This document shows, one piece after another, positions 58,199 to 64,000 of a DNA stretch of 64,000 nt. This DNA is from an uncultured Granulosicoccaceae bacterium. GTDB taxonomy: Bacteria > Pseudomonadota > Gammaproteobacteria > CALCKW01. Position numbers and translations under genes: made by a program. The notes beneath the pieces were generated by a model. The model saw only the letters and a program-made list of their open reading frames with translations, did no database searches and was not told the DNA's origin. Numbering within the stretch: position 1 is the first letter of the stretch; each line of letters opens with the position of its first letter. Location: assembly GCA_937965695.1 (NCBI GenBank), contig CALCKW010000030.1, forward strand, positions 8,951-72,950, given 5' to 3'.

Positions 58199-59614
58199 CT
58201 AGTAACGGTAGTGCTCCGCCTTATAAGGTCCATCTACCGGCACACTGATATAGTCCGCTTGTTCTTGGGTCAATTCAGTCAAATTGGCACCGATACGCTC
58301 TAGGTGTAAGCGAGCCACTTTTTCATCCAAGTGCTTAGGCAGGACATAAACTTCTTTGCCGTAGTTGTCGCCATTCTGCCAGAGCTCAATTTGCGCTAGG
58401 GTTTGATTGGTGAACGAATTTGACATCACAAAACTAGGGTGACCTGTGCCACAGGCCAAGTTAACCAAGCGACCTTCAGCCAACAGGATGATTCGCTTAC
58501 CATCCGGGAAAATAACGTGATCTACTTGCGGTTTGATGTTGTCCCACTCGTAGTTGCGCAGGCTGGCGACATCGATTTCGTTATCGAAGTGTCCAATGTT
58601 GCAAACGATCGCCTGATCTTTCATCCCACGCATGTGATCTTGAGTAATCACATTGGCATTGCCTGTGGTGGTGACGAAAATATCTACCTCGCCAACGACA
58701 TCGTTTAGACGAACAACACGGTAGCCTTCCATCGCAGCTTGCAATGCGCAAATGGGGTCAACTTCGGTAATCATGACAGAGGCACCAAGTCCACGCAGAG
58801 ACTGCGCAGAGCCTTTGCCTACATCACCGTAACCACAGACAACCGCTACCTTGCCAGCGATCATGACGTCGGTGGCACGCTTGATCGCGTCTACCAAGGA
58901 TTCACGGCAGCCATAGAGGTTATCGAATTTTGATTTAGTCACCGAGTCGTTCACATTGATGGCAGGGAACGGCAGCTCGCCAGTCTTTTGCAGCTGGTAC
59001 AAGCGATGAACTCCAGTAGTGGTCTCTTCTGTCACACCCTGGATTTGTGCCAAACGGGTGGAGTACCAGCTACCGTCTTTTTCGAGGCGAGCTTTGATAG
59101 CACCAAAAAGAGCTACGTGCTCTTCCGTTTCAGGGTTGTCCAATACGGTGATATCTTTTTCTGCCTTACTACCAATCATCAATAACATGGTAGCGTCGCC
59201 ACCATCGTCAAGAATCATATTGGCCTGGTCGCCCTGCCAGTCAAATATAGCGTGCGTGTAATCCCAATACTCTTCTAGCGTTTCACCTTTAAATGCAAAA
59301 ACTGGCGTACCACCGGCAGCAATAGCAGCAGCAGCGTGGTCTTGCGTTGAGAAAATATTGCAGCTTGCCCAGCGTACTTCTGCACCCAAGGCTTTGAGCG
59401 TTTCAATCAAAACGGCTGTTTGGATAGTCATGTGCAAAGAGCCTGCGATACGGGCACCTTTCAGTGGCTGTGCAGTTTTGTACTCTTTTCGAATATCAAC
59501 CAAACCTGGCATTTCAGTTTCAGCGATGGCTATTTCTTTGCGGCCAAAATCCGCCAATCCGATATCGGCGACTAAGTAGTCCTTGCCCTCGGCAGAACGT
59601 TCAACAGTTGTCAT
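58199..59614 (-). CDS. ahcY: Adenosylhomocysteinase
   Basis: [49 protein letters not shown]. Confidence 0.98.
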   Translation of the reverse strand: MTTVERSAEGKDYLVADIGLADFGRKEIAIAETEMPGLVDIRKEYKTAQPLKGARIAGSLHMTIQTAVLIETLKALGAEVRWASCNIFSTQDHAAAAIAAGGTPVFAFKGETLEEYWDYTHAIFDWQGDQANMILDDGGDATMLLMIGSKAEKDITVLDNPETEEHVALFGAIKARLEKDGSWYSTRLAQIQGVTEETTTGVHRLYQLQKTGELPFPAINVNDSVTKSKFDNLYGCRESLVDAIKRATDVMIAGKVAVVCGYGDVGKGSAQSLRGLGASVMITEVDPICALQAAMEGYRVVRLNDVVGEVDIFVTTTGNANVITQDHMRGMKDQAIVCNIGHFDNEIDVASLRNYEWDNIKPQVDHVIFPDGKRIILLAEGRLVNLACGTGHPSFVMSNSFTNQTLAQIELWQNGDNYGKEVYVLPKHLDEKVARLHLERIGANLTELTQEQADYISVPVDGPYKAEHYRY

Positions 59615-59640
59615 GCGGTCTTACTCCAATAAATTAAATC

Positions 59641-60807
59641 TTAAATACCGGCAGCACTTTTAAGCGCTTCAGCTAAATCTGTTCGCTCCCAAGTAAACTC
59701 AGGCTCAGTGCGGCCAAAGTGGCCATAGCTGGCTGTCTTGCGATAAATGGGTCGCTCAAGATCCAGCATTTTCAAAATACCGTAGGGTCGTAAATCAAAG
59801 AATTCAGCGACCAGCTGTTCAATACGCTCATCCGAAACCGCACCAGTACCAAAAGTATCAACCGTAATAGACGTTGGACGAGCAACACCTATCGCATAAG
59901 AAACCTGAATTTCAGCTTGGCGAGCCAGACCAGCAGCAACGATGTTTTTAGCAACATATCGACCGGCGTAAGCTGCAGATCTATCAACTTTTGATGGATC
60001 TTTTCCAGAAAAGGCTCCACCGCCGTGGCGCGCCATTCCACCATAGGTGTCTACTATAATTTTACGACCGGTCAAGCCTGCATCCCCGACAGGGCCGCCA
60101 ATTTCAAAAATCCCTGTTGGATTAATGTGAATATTCTCTTGCGGACATTTAGCCATCCACTCAGCCGGTAAAACAGGTTTAATAATCTGCTCCATAACGG
60201 CTTCCTTAAGATCACTTTGTGTAATCTCAGGTGAGTGCTGAGTCGATAGAACGACCGCTTCAATGCCGCTCGGCACACCGTTTTCGTAGCGTAAAGTCAC
60301 CTGACTTTTTGCATCAGGGCGCAACCAAGTTAAACCGCCATTGCGGCGCATCTCTGCTTGTTTCTGCACCAATCGATGTGAATAAGTGATCGGTGCCGGC
60401 ATCAGCACATCGGTTTCATCAGTGGCATAACCGAACATTAAGCCTTGATCACCTGCCCCCTGTTCTTCATCGCGCTCACGATCAACGCCTTGAGCGATGT
60501 CGGGCGACTGTTTGCCAATAGCGTTTAGAACCGCACAAGTGTTACCGTCAAAACCGACTTCGGAACAGTCATAGCCAATATCACAGACAACCTCGCGAAC
60601 GACCGCTTCCATATCAACCCAAGCAGAGGTGGTGACCTCTCCGGCGACGATTATCATGCCGGTTTTTGCCATCGTTTCACAGGCAACACGCGCGTGTTTA
60701 TCCTGGGCCAATATGCCATCAAGAATCGCATCTGAAACTTGGTCACAAAGTTTATCAGGGTGTCCTTCTGACACAGACTCAGAAGTGAAGATAAAGTCCT
60801 TACGCAT
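59641..60807 (-). CDS. metK: S-adenosylmethionine synthetase
   Basis: [42 protein letters not shown]. Confidence 0.98.
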   Translation of the reverse strand: MRKDFIFTSESVSEGHPDKLCDQVSDAILDGILAQDKHARVACETMAKTGMIIVAGEVTTSAWVDMEAVVREVVCDIGYDCSEVGFDGNTCAVLNAIGKQSPDIAQGVDRERDEEQGAGDQGLMFGYATDETDVLMPAPITYSHRLVQKQAEMRRNGGLTWLRPDAKSQVTLRYENGVPSGIEAVVLSTQHSPEITQSDLKEAVMEQIIKPVLPAEWMAKCPQENIHINPTGIFEIGGPVGDAGLTGRKIIVDTYGGMARHGGGAFSGKDPSKVDRSAAYAGRYVAKNIVAAGLARQAEIQVSYAIGVARPTSITVDTFGTGAVSDERIEQLVAEFFDLRPYGILKMLDLERPIYRKTASYGHFGRTEPEFTWERTDLAEALKSAAGI

Positions 60808-60893
60808 GTTGTTTTTCTCTTAGCAAACAATTGGTTAATACAGCACACAAGCTAGGCAAATAAGACTAATTGGTGCGTGCTACATAAAAGTCA

Positions 60894-60902
60894 ATTATAT
60901 CA
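60894..60902 (-). promoter_or_regulatory. Candidate extended -10 promoter of metK-ahcY
   Basis: Minus strand TG-A-TATAAT about 87 bp upstream of the metK ATG. Confidence 0.45.
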
Positions 60903-61041
60903 GGAAGGCGGTAGAACTGCGCATTGAGAGAAGGCAGTGATTCACAAACTAACGAGAAGAAATGACACTTTTAGCAAGGAATGAGAAGGAATCGACGCAA
61001 ATCGTGTATCCGCGTCAAATCAACAGGGAATCAGCGACAAA

Positions 61042-61539
61042 CTAGAAAGGGATATCGTCGTCAAAATCAGCTTCCGGGCCAGCTGGCATTGGCGCTGGAG
61101 AGCTCTGCTGTTGCGGGTAACTACCGCCTGATGCCTGAGCAGTTGGACGATTTTGAGGCTGAGCGTTACCTTGCTGATATTCAGCAGAACCTCCACCACC
61201 TCCATTGCGACCGCCAAGCATTTGCATATCGCTGGCAATAATTTCTGTCGAATAGCGCTCTACGCCATCTTTTTCCCACTTACGTGTCTGTAAACGGCCT
61301 TCTACATACACCTGAGAACCCTTGCGCAAATACTCTCCAACAATCTCTGCTAATTTGTTAAAGAATACGACCCGGTGCCATTCAGTACGCTCCTGGCGCT
61401 GGCCCGAACCTTTATCCATCCATGAGTCGGCCGTGGCCACGCTAACGTTTGCAACGGCTCCACCGTTAGGCATATAGCGCACCTCGGGGTCATTGCCTAA
61501 ATTGCCCACCAAAATGACCTTATTTATACCTCTCGCCAT
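61042..61539 (-). CDS. ssb: Single-stranded DNA-binding protein
   Basis: [26 protein letters not shown] tail. Confidence 0.98.
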   Translation of the reverse strand: MARGINKVILVGNLGNDPEVRYMPNGGAVANVSVATADSWMDKGSGQRQERTEWHRVVFFNKLAEIVGEYLRKGSQVYVEGRLQTRKWEKDGVERYSTEIIASDMQMLGGRNGGGGGSAEYQQGNAQPQNRPTAQASGGSYPQQQSSPAPMPAGPEADFDDDIPF

Positions 61540-61599
61540 ATCTTTTCTCTCTACCTGTCTTTAGGCACCACTGAATATGATGCAGATTCCGCTATTCTA

Positions 61600-63009
61600 T
61601 CAGTCTGATTGGCACAACGCCCGCAAGCCATCTGTGTTAGCCAGGTCCTTATTCAGTTTTAAGTGAAAGACACCCGCCACTGTATCGAAATAGGTATCGA
61701 GAACCCCTGGCTGGCTTTGCAGCTGACACTTCAAGTCTTCTGCTGCTGCACCTGTGAAACCGCTGCGTATTAACACGACGACTGTACGTGCTGGCAATTT
61801 CATGCCCCAAGCAACACACAACCAAACGACCGCAGCAGCGGCTGAGGCAAAGAACACAGCGGTAGCGCCGTAGCTGCCAAACAATATTCCACCAACCGTA
61901 CCACCGACAAAGGCACCTAGAAACTGGCCTGAAGAATATACCCCCATTGCCGTCCCTTTGGCCCCTGCAGGTGCCATCTTAGAGACCAAGGACGGCAACA
62001 TGGCTTCTAACACGCTAAAAAACCCGAAAAACAAACCGATAGCTAACATCAGATGAGAAGAGCTGCTCGCGTAACCAAAGCCCACCTGCACAATCACCAA
62101 CGCTACGATGCACCCAAGAAATACTTCTCGACCTAAGCCCTTGCTTTCTGCCAAACCCATCAAAGGAACAAGAATAAGCAATGCAATAGCGACCGCAGGT
62201 AAGTATGTTCGCCAATGCTCATCTGCGGCGACTCCCACTTCGATCAGCGACAAGGGCAACACGACAAAGCAGGCTGTCATCATTGCATGCAGAAAAAAGA
62301 TACCGAAATCCAAACGTAAGAGCGATGCATTTCGCACGACACCGTCCAATTGATCCCGATGGCTTTGGGCATCACGGTGACGCCTATTCTCTGCTGGTGT
62401 GGGTACTACAAAATAAATGGACAAGATTGCCACTACACCCAACAAGGCTGTCAAGTAGAAAACACCACTCAAACCCCACTGACTCGCTATCCATGGGCCA
62501 AGGACCAGCGAAATCACAAACGCCATTCCAATACTCGCGCCAAGAATCGCCATGATTTTAGTGCGTTGCTCTTCGCGCGTAAGGTCTGCAGCTAATGCCA
62601 ATACTGCTGCAGCGACGGCGCCAGCTCCTTGCAGTGCTCGACCAACGATCAACATTTCAATGGATTCAGCGTAGGCCGCGACCAAACTTCCAAGGATAAA
62701 GATCACCAACCCCAGGGTAATTAACGGCTTACGTCCAAAGCGATCGGATGCCATACCGAAAGGTACTTGCAAAAGCGCCTGAAGCAACCCGTATATTCCA
62801 AGCGCTAAGCCTAACAGCGCCGGGGTAGCTCCGGCCAAATCTGTCCCATATGCACTTAACACCGGCAGAACCATAAACAGGCCGAGCATCCGACTGACGT
62901 AAACCATCATCAATCCACTGGCTGCTTTTCGCTCAGTGTTGGTCATTTTTTGCAGTCTTAAAGGACTACTAAGCTCAACTGAATGGTTAGTATTCTCTAC
63001 TTTGCTCAT
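61600..63009 (-). CDS. yajR: MFS transporter, YajR-like (start may be ATG 62946)
   Basis: RMLGLFMVLPV, SDRFGRK, ALAADLTREEQRTK, GVYSS.QFLGAF, C-terminal soluble domain; usual position between ssb and uvrA. Confidence 0.82.
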   Translation of the reverse strand: MSKVENTNHSVELSSPLRLQKMTNTERKAASGLMMVYVSRMLGLFMVLPVLSAYGTDLAGATPALLGLALGIYGLLQALLQVPFGMASDRFGRKPLITLGLVIFILGSLVAAYAESIEMLIVGRALQGAGAVAAAVLALAADLTREEQRTKIMAILGASIGMAFVISLVLGPWIASQWGLSGVFYLTALLGVVAILSIYFVVPTPAENRRHRDAQSHRDQLDGVVRNASLLRLDFGIFFLHAMMTACFVVLPLSLIEVGVAADEHWRTYLPAVAIALLILVPLMGLAESKGLGREVFLGCIVALVIVQVGFGYASSSSHLMLAIGLFFGFFSVLEAMLPSLVSKMAPAGAKGTAMGVYSSGQFLGAFVGGTVGGILFGSYGATAVFFASAAAAVVWLCVAWGMKLPARTVVVLIRSGFTGAAAEDLKCQLQSQPGVLDTYFDTVAGVFHLKLNKDLANTDGLRALCQSD

Positions 63010-63125
63010 GGACTTTGCGGGCCATCTGACAAAGCGCGTATAGTACCAGTTTGGTCGACCTTATCGCAGATCAAAAACGTTGCCCCATATTATTTCAACA
63101 ACAAATTAGAGACTAAACCACACAG

Positions 63126-64000
63126 ATGGATTCCATCTCGATACGGGGTGCTCGTACCCACAATCTGAAAAACATCGACCTCGACTTGCCCCGCAATAAG
63201 CTAATTGTGATCACCGGCCTGTCAGGCTCAGGAAAATCTTCGCTAGCTTTTGATACTATTTTCGCCGAAGGACAGCGTCGTTACGTGGAGTCGCTCTCGG
63301 CTTACGCAAGACAGTTTCTGTCGGTTATGGAAAAACCGGATGTAGACCATATCGAAGGTCTATCTCCCGCGATCGCCATTGAGCAAAAAAGCACATCTCA
63401 CAATCCGCGTTCAACGGTCGGAACGATCACCGAAATTCACGACTATTTAAGATTGCTCTACGCGCGAGTTGGCATCCCGCGCTGCCCTGATCACGGTGCA
63501 GCGTTGGCAGCACAGACAATTAGCCAAATGGTTGATGCTACAGCTGCACTTCCTTCGGGCAGTCGCCATATGGTTTTGGCACCGCTGGTCTCCGATCGAA
63601 AAGGCGAGCATCAAGGCATACTGGAAACTCTTCAGATCCAAGGGTTTGTCAGGGTCAGAGTCGATGGCGTGGTGCACGACCTTCACGACGACATTAGTCT
63701 TGATCCAAAAAAACGTCACCGCATTGAAGTTGTGGTCGACAGGTTTAAAGTTCGGGAAGGCATTCAGCAGCGACTGGCTGAGTCGTTCGAAACGGCCATT
63801 GGTTTAAGCGACGGCACTGCACTCGTCGCGCCACTTGATGGCGATGGCGAAGAGCTGGTTTTTTCTTCCCGTTTTGCTTGCCCGCAATGTGGATATGCAA
63901 TTAGCGAGTTAGAACCACGCATGTTCTCTTTTAACAGTCCGCAAGGAGCCTGTGAGAGCTGCGATGGGATCGGCAACGAGCAGTATTTCGATCCAGAACG
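63126..64000 (+). CDS. uvrA: Excinuclease ABC subunit A (5' part, runs off the window)
   Basis: [58 protein letters not shown]...[14 protein letters not shown]. Confidence 0.98.
   Translation, partial: MDSISIRGARTHNLKNIDLDLPRNKLIVITGLSGSGKSSLAFDTIFAEGQRRYVESLSAYARQFLSVMEKPDVDHIEGLSPAIAIEQKSTSHNPRSTVGTITEIHDYLRLLYARVGIPRCPDHGAALAAQTISQMVDATAALPSGSRHMVLAPLVSDRKGEHQGILETLQIQGFVRVRVDGVVHDLHDDISLDPKKRHRIEVVVDRFKVREGIQQRLAESFETAIGLSDGTALVAPLDGDGEELVFSSRFACPQCGYAISELEPRMFSFNSPQGACESCDGIGNEQYFDPE

Noticed and set aside
60808-61041. SAM riboswitch or SahR operator before metK
   Set aside because: No recognisable riboswitch core; only a half-site-like ATATCAGGAA
63010-63125. LexA box upstream of uvrA (also checked ssb and ydjM)
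   Set aside because: No CTGT-N8-ACAG found; CTGAATATGATGCAG near ssb has the wrong spacing

Overview
A 64-kb chromosomal stretch, most likely from a gammaproteobacterium (inferred from rsd, lgt-thyA-folA, miaB-phoH-ybeY-corC-lnt, ssb-MFS-uvrA). In order it holds: the end of an OmpR/QseBC-type two-component pair; a MauG-type di-heme protein whose lipoprotein signal is split by a +1 frameshift in an A7 run; EF-P-like EfpL; an alphaproteobacterial-looking block (sucCD, Liv-type ABC transporter, gamma-glutamyltransferase); a YtkA/FixH-like gene coupled to a second di-heme enzyme; acyl-CoA catabolism genes behind a LiuR-type operator; a C-terminally short tmcA followed by a translationally coupled GT2 / nucleoside-phosphorylase-like / spore-photoproduct-lyase-like radical SAM trio; alr and a thiolase; a polysaccharide export/regulation locus (two ExeA-type ATPases, one FHA-fused, split and fused Wzc systems, a PRTase, a beta-barrel, a short OPX); housekeeping genes; an AT-rich glycosyltransferase islet between miaB and ahcY; then metK, ssb and the start of uvrA. 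I saw no rRNA, tRNA, CRISPR array, IS or integrase. The best candidate for an undescribed system is the GT2-phosphorylase-SPL-like trio. All family calls come from motif recognition by eye, not database searches.
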